A stretch of 64,000 bases of DNA, taken from assembly GCA_040285855.1 (NCBI GenBank), contig JAUFOQ010000005.1:558001-622000 (forward strand), read 5' to 3'. This stretch comes from Eukaryota sp. GEM-RC1 (Eukaryota). Made by a program: the position numbers and the translations under genes. Within the stretch, counting starts at the first letter, position 1; every line of letters starts with the position of its first letter. Below, piece after piece: positions 51,136 through 63,399 of the stretch. The notes under the pieces are model-generated. The model did not search any database. It was not told the DNA's origin and worked only from the letters and a program-made list of their open reading frames with translations.

Positions 51136-51144
51136 ACTTGCTTC

Positions 51145-52470
51145 ATGACATTCTTGGGTCTTTCTGATGTCAACTTCGACAATCTTAAACTATCTGTGCT
51201 TGAGCGTTCTTTTGCATGCAACTATAGCCTTGTGGTGGCTCATTCTTCGCCCAACCGTACCTATCTGTTTGTGTGTGAAAAAGCCGGCTTGCCCCGTTCT
51301 ACTAATGACGTTGCACGAAGCCGTAAAATCAGTTGTCCCTTTCGGCTTAGAACAAGCAAAGTCAAGGGTTTATGGAAAGTGGTTATGGTTGAAGGAGAAC
51401 ATAATCACCCGCCTTACGAAGACATGTCAGCCAGCAGAGCTTTCAGAACCTTTTTAAAGAACATCACCAATCAACAATAAGCACTTTAATCAACGCTAAT
51501 GTTGAACCGGGCACAATTGTGGATTACTTAAGATCCCTAGATGATAGATGTCCTTTAAGCAAACAAGATGTATCTAACATCAAGAAAAAACACAAAAGAA
51601 CACAAAAGACTACCCTTCCATCGTTCCAAAGTATGGTTGAGCATGTAAAAGAGCAAGATGACCTGATTTGTGTCGCCACCGTTGATGCCAACAAAGAACT
51701 TAAGGGGTTTTTTATCTCTTACAAACTGGTTATCGAGCTAGTCAACATGTACCCCTTTATTCCTATGATGGATTGTACCTATAAAACCAACTTATATGGT
51801 CTTCCTCTACTTGTGATCGTAGGTATCACGGCTTTTTCCAGTACCTTTCCTGTTGCTTTCATCATGCTTTCTGCCGAAACCGAAGAAGACTATAATTGGG
51901 CACTTAAGACTCTAATAACTGTTTTCTCCCTATTGTCTAACACAACTTTAGTTATGACAGATCGTGAAATAGCCTTGGAAAAGGCAGTTCGAACCCACTT
52001 CCCACAAGCTGTGCATTCATTGTGCCTATGGCATATAAACAAGAATGTTGAAAGTCATATGAGGAAACATATCAGAGATGAGGAAAAAGAAGAAAATTTC
52101 AGGAAGCTGTGGACTACAGTTTGTTACAGTCCAGATACTGCCTGTGTTGACCATAACTTAAATCAGTTATTCGAAGAATACTCATCATTTCCTCGATTTG
52201 TTGCATATCTACAAGAACTTATTGCTTCAGCTGGACCTAAATTCATGGCAGTCCAACTAGGTCCAATTTTTAACTTAGGACAGAGAGCTACCTCACGTGT
52301 TGAGTCTGCTCACAGTGTGTTGAAATCTTACTTGAAAATTTCTGTATTAAATTTGGCTGAAATCGTTCAGAAAATGATGCTTATGTGGAACCACATTTTG
52401 TCTGAGCATCGTATTGAGAAAGCCAGAAACGCTGATATACAACTTGTAGTGAATGAACAATTAAAGCATT
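51145..52470 (+). mobile_element. MULE/FAR1-type transposase (frameshift at 51451-51455), 3'-truncated by a CRE-like fragment
   Basis: FVCEKAG...SCPF...GEHNH; MDCTYKTNLYGLPL; MTDREIAL; LCLWHINKN; ATSRVESAHSVLK. Confidence 0.88.
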
Positions 52471-52474
52471 TTAT

Positions 52475-53360
52475 TGCAAACGATTTGTCAACATCTGTAT
52501 CATCAAACAAACCAGCCAGAACTGGTTCTAAATGGAAACTATTCCTTAAGATTTACACATACAATATAATTGATCCCTTACTGAATTATGAACCTTACTT
52601 CTAAAAGAAATAAAACGGTTACAATTCAATAAATGTGTAGGTGTTACAGATTGCCCACATTGGCATTTCAAATTATGTGGAAGGTTATCAGGCCAAATAT
52701 ATGACCGTAAACGCATGTTTAATGACCTAGAGTTATCATCAAGAAGAAGACCGTAAACTTGAGGGATTTGAGTAATCAGATATGAAGCAGAGCTATTAGA
52801 AACATCCATTAAGAAATTTGCAAAAGCGGGATTTTTTTCCTTGGCCATGCCAAGTCGAACATTATAATCCAAGCTTTCAAAAATATTTGTGAGTTTCTGT
52901 TGTAATTTTTTCAGACAGAACTGAAGATTAGTCAAAGATCTTTCAGGTATTTCAGACACAGATTCTGGGAAACACTGAGACCAAACGTCAAAAGGTAATT
53001 TGATTAACGCTTCGTTTAAGTCAAATAAATATTTACATGAATTGGGGTTAATAAGGGAAATATCATTAGGAAATCGATTAACAAATTCAAAGAGGAAATT
53101 TTTTCCACCGCCTAAAAAAAGCAGATTTGCAAAGAATTGATGATTTGGTAAAACAAATACCACCAAAGTGAGCAGAAGTAAACAAATGACTTCTAAGTAA
53201 CGTTGAATCAACTTCTAACAATGAAGCAAAAAATTAATCCTCAACTCGTTAAAAGATCTACAAAAGTTCAGAGCGATTGAAGGAGCAGTAGATCTCAAAA
53301 GATGTGTGATTTTTCCGGAGTAGCAAATTTTTAAAATAAAAAAACTTGATATGTATTTTG
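52475..53360 (-). mobile_element. CRE-like non-LTR retrotransposon fragment (thumb, zinc finger, start of RLE)
   Basis: KITHLLRS; MRLRS...CQCG...HLLNC...VHNSVRD; LEPVLAG in a shifted frame. Confidence 0.75.
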
Positions 53361-53800
53361 ATGTTGAAATTTTGATTTTTTTTTGATATCTATTCAAAAT
53401 ATAAATCAAATAATCATTTAAACTTTCGTGTTTAATATATTCTTCTTTTAAATTTTCCATAATTAAATTAGTTGTAGCAATAATCATTCCATTTGTTAAA
53501 TCAGATGGTTGCATTGGAATTTCTTCTGGTTCAATAATAGGTTTCGGAACAGGTTTAATTTTAACAGGCTTAGGAATCGGTTTAGTTTTATTTTTAATAG
53601 GTTTAGGTTTTACTGGTTTATTTGTAACATTAGAAACAACAGGAACAGTAGGAACAAAAGATTTAATATTCATTGGTCCAAAACTAGAAAATACTTTTTT
53701 AATTTTTTGAACTTCTGGTTCAGATTCTCCTCCAATATAATTATTAGACTCGTGTTTTGTATGTAAGTTAACCATGATGTTTATATTCAATGAAATCATT
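53360..53800 (-). other. Very AT-rich Lys/Pro-rich ORF fragment of unknown origin
   Basis: KPVKPKPIKNKTKPIPKPVK; composition differs from both flanks. Confidence 0.3.
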
Positions 53801-53858
53801 TTTTTACGAAAAACAAAAATAAAATTTATTTTACTGTTTTTACATGACATGAAAACAA

Positions 53859-55740
53859 TCAGTTGTAACATTTTCCACGAACACAAGAGCATTTGACCTC
53901 ATTGTCAATAGAGACAAACACGTCATCAATCCAACCTACAGGTTCATTGTTTAAGAGTAAAAGAAGTTCGCTAGAATTCTTCTTCAAAAACTTGGTCATT
54001 ACTGCCTTAGCTTTGTCTTCAAAATAGCAACCATTCAAAATGGCTTTCTTGATAGAATAATTCTTCAAAAAATTGATGAACTGTGAAATTCGTTTAGTGT
54101 TGATTTGATATCGTAGTGTAACGCAAACAGATTTGTCACTGCAATGACTCAAATAGCAACACGAACAGGATCGATCATTAAGTTTTGGTGAATATTCGAA
54201 ATGAATATTTTTTGGTTAGTATCAATAATATTAGGCACCACATTGATCTCTAGTAAGCGTTTGGATGCTATAAACTTATAAAGGGAAAATAGAGTCTTTA
54301 GAAAAGGGTTCTCCAAGCCTTGACAATGAACACTTTTAATAGGAACTTTTGACCTTAAAGATTTGACAAGGGCATTAGCGTCAGCTGCTACAAGTGGCGC
54401 ATCATACTTGATGATCCCACTATCTACATCAAGTGAATGTGGAGTAACGTCAACAATTGAAGTCAATTTGTGAGCTGAATAACGATTAAAAATGTTCAAG
54501 AGACCTTTCAACTCAATGTTGATGTAACTGAGATTTACGTTGACTAAACCAGGCTTAGACTCAATTGTAGTTAGAACAATTTTGATGTATTCATCAAAAG
54601 AGCATTGGCTCAAGTCAATGGTGGTCAAAACGTGATTGCTGTGTATTAAATCGCACAACGCAATGGTTGCTTTGTCAGAAAACATGCATCTGTTAAGAGT
54701 AAGCTCTTTGATACTGTGCAACTCCAGAAAAGTCTGAAGAGATAAGATTTCTGCAACAGTTATTCTGTCATAGCCATCTATTTGAGCGAAAGAAAACACA
54801 CCACTTTCTAAATCAACACAGTGAGGAGCAAAACTAAGATCAATAATGGATTTTTGAATAGAATGAATTTGAAACAAAATGAACAGTCCTTCGAGACTTA
54901 AAAATTCCTCAACGCCAAGACATTCAACACGAGTAATTAGAACATTGGATTTAAGAGCATTTAAAAGTGACATTAAATCGGCATTAGTAACAAAACTTTC
55001 ATAACGAATAGATCCAAGAGAGATATCAAAAGAATGAGGAGAAACATCAAGATCAATCACAGATTTGTTGATTGAGTGAATTTGATATAAAGCAATTAGT
55101 CCTTCCAGATTTGGTTCTCTCAATCCTTTACAGTTAACAAGTTTAATAGGGATATTTGACTTAATGGCCTTTAAAAGATAGTCCAAATCATTGTTATAGA
55201 TCTTTCCTTCAAAAGTAATAGTGCCAGAGGAAAGATCAATAGAATGAGGTTCAATACCAACATCAATTATTGAGCTGTTGAAGGAAAGAATTTCAAATAG
55301 GGCAACTAATCCTCCAAAACTTAGACTTCGAAATTCATCAAATTCGACGTATTTAATTGGAACATTGGAATAGACAATGATTTTAAGCTGGTGTTGGAGA
55401 GACGGTCGGCGCAAATTGAACCACATGAAAAATCAATAGGATCGTCTGAGAGAGTGATATTTATCGGTAGTTTACCAGTAGTAACGAGTTCAAAAATGAG
55501 CAATAAACTTTGGAGTTTTGGTTCTCTATAGCCAAGATTGACCATCTTTAAACTCGGAACAAACTGTAGTGACTCGACTAATATGCAAATTTGTCCATCA
55601 GACAAGGAACAATCACTGATGTCGATCGAAGTCAAGGTCTTGTTGTCTTTGATTAGATCACAGAAAGAAGCAATTGAGTCACGGTTGAAACGAGACAGCT
55701 TAAGACTTAGCTTACTGAACTAATATTATCTGACTTTGAA
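53859..55740 (-). pseudogene. Atypical LRR protein with 70-aa PH-motif repeats, 3' part (frameshifted)
   Basis: Repeats SNVPIKxV...GLxALxxI...IIDxxxxPHxxDxxxG plus classical LRRs (LTTIDLSQC). Confidence 0.65.
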
Positions 55741-55749
55741 ACAGTAACA

Positions 55750-56842
55750 TTGTCAAAGCTGTTGAAACTGTTGAAACCATTCTATGATATCACAACCGAT
55801 CTTTCATCGGCATCTGACGTGACAATTTCCCATACAATTCTGTATTGGGAAACCATAAAAGAAGTGCTAGATGTTGAAATTGCCAAATTTGGCCAAGGAG
55901 TGCTAAACAGCAATTTGGCAGAATTGGAGAATATTCGCCGGAAGTCCGATCTGCACAAAAAGATGCAGGAATTGAGTGAGGTATATCCAAACAAAGTAAC
56001 CGGTTTTTGTAGCATCTTTATGAAGAAAATCATTGCTAAGTACGATGCCAATGTACTGAATGACACGACCAAGATTGCAACTGTGATGGATCCGTCTATC
56101 AAGTTAAGTCCTTTAATGTGGCCAACGCATGTGAACTTGCAGGAAGTTAGACATCTGCTATTAACACGCCTTCAGGAAGAGTATAGCAGTGAAAATGGAG
56201 AGAGAGAAGTGAGAAAGAAGACCAAATCCTTCAGAGCTAAGCTTAAGATCATCAAAGAATCTGTCTCCCAGAACAGTACCACAGATGAACGTTCTGACTA
56301 TGAGGATCTATCAGTTGAAAAGGAGTTAGATACGTATCTTTCTATGTTTTCTGCCGAGAATGACAATCCCTTAGATTGGTGGAGAATAAACTCTGAAAAC
56401 TTTCCTCTGATGAGCAAATTTGCAAGGGATATGTTAGCTGTTCAAGCGACCTCCGTTAGTAGTGAACGATTGTTTTCACAAACTGGTAACGTAATAACTA
56501 AGAAGCGTTCCCGGTTAGATGACACCACGGTAACTGCATTAATGTGTTTGCGGTGCTGGCTCTTGAACGAAGAAGATCAGAAGGACGATGAGTAGATAAT
56601 TGAAGAATAGGGTAGAATTTATGTATAACAATAATGAACCACATAAAACAAATCTATCAAAGAGAAGACACTGAAAGCATATGCTTTGACAAAACAGTTA
56701 AACAATAAATCTACATCAAACTCATTGCGGCTGAGCCGGCTAAAGCCGGCTTGAGCCAGCTAAACAATGTTGGAAGCCATAGCCGGCTAACTAGTACCTG
56801 CAGCTGAGCCGTGAGCAAAATTTGAGCCGGCTCCCATCTCTA
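55750..56842 (+). mobile_element. hAT 3' half with one terminus, inserted in the LRR gene
   Basis: LLKPFYDIT...ATVMDP...NPLDWWRIN...FPLMSKFARDMLAVQATSVSSERLFS (ORF 55750-56595); GAGCCGGC repeats and end CCCATCTCTA at 56842. Confidence 0.88.
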
Positions 56843-57674
56843 CTTCAAAGCGAGATATATTAAGTGATCGGATTGAAGAATTTCTGGAAATTGAAGTGAA
56901 TAGAGCGATCAAACTGGCATGATATGAAGCATGTCAAGAGCTGTTAAATCCAGTCAAAGTGACCTTCCTCAACGTGTTATTCTTCAGAAACACTTCTCCA
57001 AATCCAAATAACGGAACACCGATAAATTCAACCTCCAAGTCCTGAATGCTGGAATGACTCTCCAGACATTTGATCAAAGAGCTTACAAGGTGTTCAGGTG
57101 TTTTAGAACACTGAACTTTAAGTTGTTTAAGTGATGGTAAGAAGAAAGGAGAAGATTCAGTGATAAAATTCAAGTCCAAATTTTGACTACTAAATTCCAG
57201 ACATGAAATGACATGTAAATGATTGAGAAGATCTTGAGGTTCAAAAGAAGTATACGATTTCAAAGAGATCGAATGAATCGTTGCTCCAAAGTGAGTAGCA
57301 ATTGAGGACAGTGTGGGAAGTTCTTTTGGAATTGCCAGAAACGTGGTTGTCTCAAAGAACAGTTTGACAGATAGATAGATAGAATCTAAGAATCGTTTAC
57401 TGACATAAGCTACCCTCTGAATTGATCGATGTGGAGTTTTTAGAACATAAAGAACACTATAAACATGAACACCAGTCTTTTCATCAGAATGAGTCAACAT
57501 GAGATGCTTTAGCAAGTGGGAGTTCATCAGCACCAACAAAGTTTGCTGAAGTCGGACTGGAGCAGTGGAAAGAGGGGATGGCGGAGTTTCAGACAAAGAC
57601 ACACTGTCCCTGCTTCCAGTAGTTGAAAGAGTGTCTTCATTAGGTCGACACATTTTGAGAAGAGGTTCGGTCAT
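56843..57674 (-). pseudogene. F-box-like N-terminal part of the interrupted LRR gene
   Basis: VRLQQTLLVLM...VAYVSKRF family motif; frame continues past TGA at 56934 up to the hAT end. Confidence 0.7.
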
Positions 57675-58835
57675 GTTGGGATCTCTACAGCAGCACGATC
57701 AATTCTAGTGTCAGTTACAGACGCTGCAGGAATTCTCTTCTTAGTACTGATACCCTGCTAAATACTGTTACTGATGAATCTATTGTAAAGTATTGAATGT
57801 GGTTGACGTCTGTCGTTGCTTTTTAGAATCAGAAACCGTCTGATATGATGTTTTACCAATTCATCAACAGTACACTGTCCTTCTTCAGGAGGTCATCGTT
57901 TCATCACATGTGCGAGCTCATTCGTAGTCAGCAATCCATAAAGGTCATAACTTATTTATCATTATTTTACATTAAATTGGTACCTGTTGGATTTTCTCTA
58001 ATATGTAGTTTGTATTTGACAAAAGCTTATCTGTCTCCAATCGTAAGTAACAGAAACAACTGGAAAAATTTGCAAACTACTACTATGTGGCATCAACAGA
58101 TTCAATTCAAATCAAGGTTGTCTAAAACTGTAGTGACTTTTGAAACAATACTGAAGCTGATTCAAAATTTACTTCTTTTCAATTGAAACAGGAGTAATTT
58201 TTAGAGTGACGCTGAGTCAAAGCTTCATTACATTAATTAAGGTGATCTATCTCTTATAATACATTCCATTAATCATTCAAACAGTAAATGTTGCAAAACG
58301 CTGACTTCAAATCACAGTGTAATTGTGGAATACTATGTGTCGACCTTGTTTTTATTACAAGTAGTTTTACCAGAACAGGTTTAACACACACAGTGTTGGG
58401 TATAGTGACTGTAAAAATCGGACTTATGTGATGAGACAAAAACACAACATGAAACTATATATAAATATAGACTATTTGAACAGAAACAGTACTGTTACAG
58501 TATGCTTCTTCTTTCAGGAGAATTCCTTTTATGTACAACTTCATTGCGTTTACTGAATCACAACACTGGTGACACGAAGTTTCACATACAATATACAATG
58601 AACTTTTATCTATAAAATTGTTATTATGTTGATCGATAAACTACAGAACAACAAAATTAAGTTTTGACACACGAATTACTGTTCTCCGATGTCAATTGTT
58701 CCAATTAACTGAATAGTTAGAAATAATGTATAAAACAATATAAATTTGAATGTTCATGACCAATAACATCCTTTGAGTTTACAAACACCGATCAACATTA
58801 AACCATCTAAAACCATCCAACACAACCATCAAAAT

Positions 58836-60092
58836 TTATATATCAAGCCGATCTAGTCCCTCTATTGTAATTTTACTATTTAGTTTTAACAACTCTTCCA
58901 AAGCTCTAGCACCTTCATCTTCAATATGGTTTCTCCCCAGGTGAATTGTTGTAAGTGTAGTATTAATTTTTAACACCTCTGCCAAATCTTTAGCACCATT
59001 GTCTCCAACAGCGTTTGCCAATAGATTAAGACTTGTTACGGTAGAGTTAACTTTCAATGCCGATGCCAATACTCTAGCACCGTCAGCTCCAACAAAGTTC
59101 CACTCTAGACCAACCTTCTTAACTGTAGTGTTAACTTTTAACGTCTCTGACAAATAACTAGCTCCTTCAGCTCCAATAGAGTTCCAAGCCAAACCAACAT
59201 TTGTAACTGTAGCATTTACTTTTAATGCTTCTGCCAATGCTTTAGCACCTTCATCGTCAATAGAGTTGTCATTCATATTCAAAGTGGTAACTGTTTTGTT
59301 CACTTTTAACGCATTTGCTAATGCTTTAGCACCTTCAGCTCCAATAGAGTTTCTCCACAGATGAACACCACTAACTGTAGTGTTAACTTTCAATACATCT
59401 GCTAATGCCTCAGCGCCTTCCACTCCAATAGAGTTTTCACCAAAATCAATACTTGTAACTGTTTTATTGACTTTCAACAATTCAATGAATTTCATAGAAA
59501 TAGATTCCGCAACAACCACCTGGAGCTCTTTAAGATGTGGAAAAAGCAGAGAAGATTGGTTAAGAAACTCAAAGTCACTGAGATTGTGGAATTTGATCTC
59601 TAATCCAGAAATGATAGGAGCATAATCAAGTAATTCATCAGCATTGAAGGTCCCATATGTGTGTAAGAAAACCGATTTTACAGTTGCTCCCCAACAAGAA
59701 GCAAAAAAAGAGAGTTCAGCTAGGTCATAGGGCAGTATGTGAAACGTGTTTGATTCAAGAAACACCTTGACTGTTCGATGAGAGGATTCGAGAAAATGTT
59801 GGCTCACAAAGCCAAAATTGTTATAGAATGTAGGCAATGCTTTCTTTATGTTAATGAATACCCGACGAGGTTCAGCACGTTTCCACTCAAGTGAAGACTC
59901 TAAAAAATGATTGAGACAATGAACGAGTATTGATGTGAGTAGTGATTGAGGTAAGTGTACATGGTTGGGAGGAGAATTGTCGGGGAAACACGAAGCAAGG
60001 GATGTATCAGAGCTAGGCTTTGAGGAGGAGATACTAGAAACAGTATCATCTAGTGAAAGACTACTTTTCAGAGGAGGTTCAGAATGAGACAT
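58836..60092 (-). CDS. F-box-like + RI/NLRC3-type LRR protein (intact)
   Basis: ATG at 60092 (MSHSEPPLK); LPQSLLTSILVHCL...FGFVSQHF; about 7 28-aa LRRs. Confidence 0.88.
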   Translation of the reverse strand: MSHSEPPLKSSLSLDDTVSSISSSKPSSDTSLASCFPDNSPPNHVHLPQSLLTSILVHCLNHFLESSLEWKRAEPRRVFINIKKALPTFYNNFGFVSQHFLESSHRTVKVFLESNTFHILPYDLAELSFFASCWGATVKSVFLHTYGTFNADELLDYAPIISGLEIKFHNLSDFEFLNQSSLLFPHLKELQVVVAESISMKFIELLKVNKTVTSIDFGENSIGVEGAEALADVLKVNTTVSGVHLWRNSIGAEGAKALANALKVNKTVTTLNMNDNSIDDEGAKALAEALKVNATVTNVGLAWNSIGAEGASYLSETLKVNTTVKKVGLEWNFVGADGARVLASALKVNSTVTSLNLLANAVGDNGAKDLAEVLKINTTLTTIHLGRNHIEDEGARALEELLKLNSKITIEGLDRLDI

Positions 60093-60144
60093 GGTTGAGG
60101 TGCACAAAGTGTCACATCCATGTGTTTCCCCCACCAAAACCAAC

Positions 60145-62152
60145 ATGTCTTATTCAAAACTTCCTCTGAAGAGCACTGATTTAAAAGATGTAGCTGATAA
60201 TGTTTTAGCTACTGACGTTATTGAGTGTAATGACGTCTCTTCTACTGGTAGTATCCCCTCCTCGAATCATAGCTCTAGTGCTCCATCCACTCTGTACCCC
60301 TCCCCCTCCCTCTGCTTCCAATCATTTCTACTTTCAACAATCGCTACTAACTTTGATACATCTTCACTTGCTGAGTCAGCTCTCACAGTCTTCTCTTAAA
60401 TGGAAACGTGAAGATCCTCGCCGGGTATCCCTTAAGATGAAGAAAGAATTGTATACATTCTTTAACAAAGTTGGCTATGTAAGTCACCGCTTCTTTGAAT
60501 CTTCTCTTCTGGCAGTTAAAGTGTTTGTCCAAACAAACACATTCCACGTAGCGTCTTATGACCTTCCTCTTCTCTTTTCATTTGCTTCTTTCTTTGGAGC
60601 AAATGTTAAGTCCGTTTTCTTACACTTATACAAGCCCTTTAAAGTTGAAGAATTTCTCAGTTATTCTAATGTAATTTCCGGATTGGAATTGAAATTTGAG
60701 AATCGCAATGACTTGGAGTTTCTCAACAAGTCTTCCTTGTTCTTTCCACGTCTTGAGCAACTTGATGTTGTTGTTCGATATTGTTCTACTTTGGTTTTAC
60801 CATTGATTGACCTGTTAAAAGTTAATACCACAGTTACTAGTGTTAATGTGGGAAACATGTCTATTGAGTATGAAGGTACTAGAGCATTGGCTGAGGTATT
60901 AAAAGTTAATATGACACTTACAAGTATTAATCTGCAGCAAAATTATATTGGAACTGAAGGTGCCCGAGTTTTGGCAGATGCATTAAAAATTAATCTGACA
61001 CTTAGAAGTATTGATTTGGGCCGAAATTCTGTTGGAGATGAAGGTATCAGAGCATTGGCAGAAACTTTAAAAGTTAATATCACACTTACCAGTATTAATC
61101 TGGAGCAAAACTCTATTGGATCTGAAGGTGCCCGAGTTTTGGCAGAAGCGTTAAAAGTTAATAATACGGTTACAAGTATTAGTTTGAGGCACAACTCTAT
61201 TGGCATTGACGGTGCTAGAGCTTTGGCAGAGGCTTTAAAAATTAATACCGTACTTACTAGTATTGATTTGAGCGGAAACTCTATTGGAGCTGACGGTGCT
61301 AGAATATTGTCAGATACTTTAAAAGTTAATGTCACACTTACAAATATTAATCTGGAGTACAATTCTATTGGAACTGAAGGTGCCCGAGTTTTGGCAGAAG
61401 CGTTAACAGTTAATAATACGGTCACAAATATTAATTTGAGTGTAAATTTTATCGGAGCTGAAGGTACCAGAGCGTTGGCAGATGCATTGAAAGTTAATGT
61501 CACAGTTACAAATATTAATTTGAGTGTAAACTCTATTGGAGCTGAAGGTACTAGAGCTTTGGAAGATGTGTTAACAGTTAATACTACGATTACAAGAATT
61601 AATCTGAGTGGAAACTCTATCGGAGATGAAGGCGCCAGAGTATTGGCAGATGTGTTAACAGTTAATACTACGATTATAAGAATTTATCTGAGTGGAAACT
61701 CTATTGGAGCTGAAGGCGCCAGAGCTTTGGCAGATGTGTTAACAGTTAATACTACGATTATAAGTATTAATCTGAGTGGAAACTCTATCGGAGATGAAGG
61801 TGCCAGAGCTTTGGCAGATGTGTTAACAGTTAATACTACGATTACAAGTATTGATCTCGCGTGCAACTCCATCGGAGATGAAGGAGCTAGAGCTCTGGCA
61901 GATGCTTTAAGATTTAATATCACAGTTACAAGTATTGATCTCGGATGCAACTCTATTGGAGATGAAGGAGCTAGAGCTCTGGCAGAGGCATTAAAAGCTA
62001 ATGTTACACTTACAAGTATAGGTTTGTGGAACAACTCTATTGGAGATGCTGGTATTAGAGTTCTGGCACATGCGTTAAAAATTAATGTTAAAGTTAAAAT
62101 AGAAGGAGTTGATCAACTCAATCGTAATTCGTCTAGGTTTTTACAGGTCTAA
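60145..62152 (+). CDS. F-box-like + RI/NLRC3-type LRR protein (one frameshift in C runs near 60300)
   Basis: ATG at 60145 (MSYSKLPLK); FQQSLLTLIHLHLL...VGYVSHRF; about 15 28-aa LRRs with 84-bp periodicity. Confidence 0.88.
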
Positions 62153-62799
62153 TTTAGACCTGTTAAAACCTTTTCTTTGTTTAAAACGGGTTTATGGTCG
62201 TCTAAAACTTTAAATGTTTTTTGTGTCATCTTCTTTTATTTACACAACTACCAGAAGCACTATAGGTTATTATCATTGCCCTAATATTGTAATTTTAATT
62301 AAAACTCTAGTAAATATTGTCATCAATTGATTTTTTTTTGGGAATTAAATTGATAAGAAAACAATTTAGTTTCGCAAACGAATATGAAAAACTGACAGAA
62401 ATGTTTTTAGTGTATTTATTTGCTTAAACAATTAAGTTGTGGTGAGAGCAAATTTTACCATTTTTGGGACATTCGCTTGCATAATGACCAATTTCATTAC
62501 ACTTAAGACGTACATTAAAGCGTAAATTTTGCTTTCTAGTACCGGAACGAGAACTTGAAGATTTGTGCAACAAAGATCTTCTGTAAAGTATAGCTTGATG
62601 ACTCCTTGGCTCGCCAATCAGTGACTCTCGAACAGTCTACGAGCTCATCAGAAGCAACCCTTGACAGATCAGAAATGATTCCGTCCCTGATGTGGGACAG
62701 CAACGACTTTTGAAGTCCTAGAGAAAGAATACCTCTAGCAAACCTTGAAAGAAATACAGCGTCTCACAAACCCAGTTCCGAAGCCTTTCCATTCGATTG

Positions 62800-62860
62800 G
62801 AGAAATTCTCTCAAGTAGCAAGGTAAACGGTGACGGACATTGTCAATTCGGACATACAAT
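62800..62860 (+). other. Possible OTU-like protease motif remnant
   Basis: KVNGDGHCQF only; OTU domains occur in some MULE transposases. Confidence 0.25.
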
Positions 62861-63399
62861 GTTGAAAAACATACAAATTTCTGTCTCGTTCAGAGAGCAG
62901 AGTGAACCACGGTCAAACAACCGCGTTCTAAGAGCCACTTAATTATTACTCCTCAAAAGGGACTGTTAAAAATATATTGCACTTTTGCAAAAACAATGGT
63001 TAATCACAATCTAGTCAACTTATATAATGCCTAATGATGATCTAATGAGTTACGATGGAATTAACATTAACACAATAAAGAATCTACTCAACAATATTGA
63101 TATTGATTCCAATTATTGCAATACTGTATTGGAAATTTGTTTGACCCTGCAATCTACTGCAATACATTTTTGACAGTCCCTGCTGCTCAATGCAACTAGA
63201 AGACAAGTGAAGAAGATTTACAAATTCAGAAACTCCAACACAACAGTACTACAACAGTTGTGACCATTTAAGACGAGATTGTGTTAGGATCTCACCACAG
63301 AATGAATGTAAGCTAGATTAGACCTGTAGGAAGTAATACCCTGATCATCAACAAGTCCCACTTCTAGCTCTGATAATTGCAACATAGAGTTTTTCCTTG

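Noticed and set aside
52470..52604. C-terminal tail of the MULE ORF
   Set aside because: Read-through into the antisense strand of the CRE-like fragment
53215..53892. 225-aa ORF as a real gene
   Set aside because: Chance chimera of the LRR gene end, an AT-rich ORF and CRE thumb sequence
56934..56936. In-frame TGA as evidence for an alternative genetic code or selenocysteine
   Set aside because: Single case in a TE-disrupted gene; long intact ORFs contain no in-frame stops
60943..62034. Long antisense ORFs over LRR genes (also 11247-12008, 12827-13504, 59380-59625)
   Set aside because: Shadow frames produced by the repetitive LRR codon pattern
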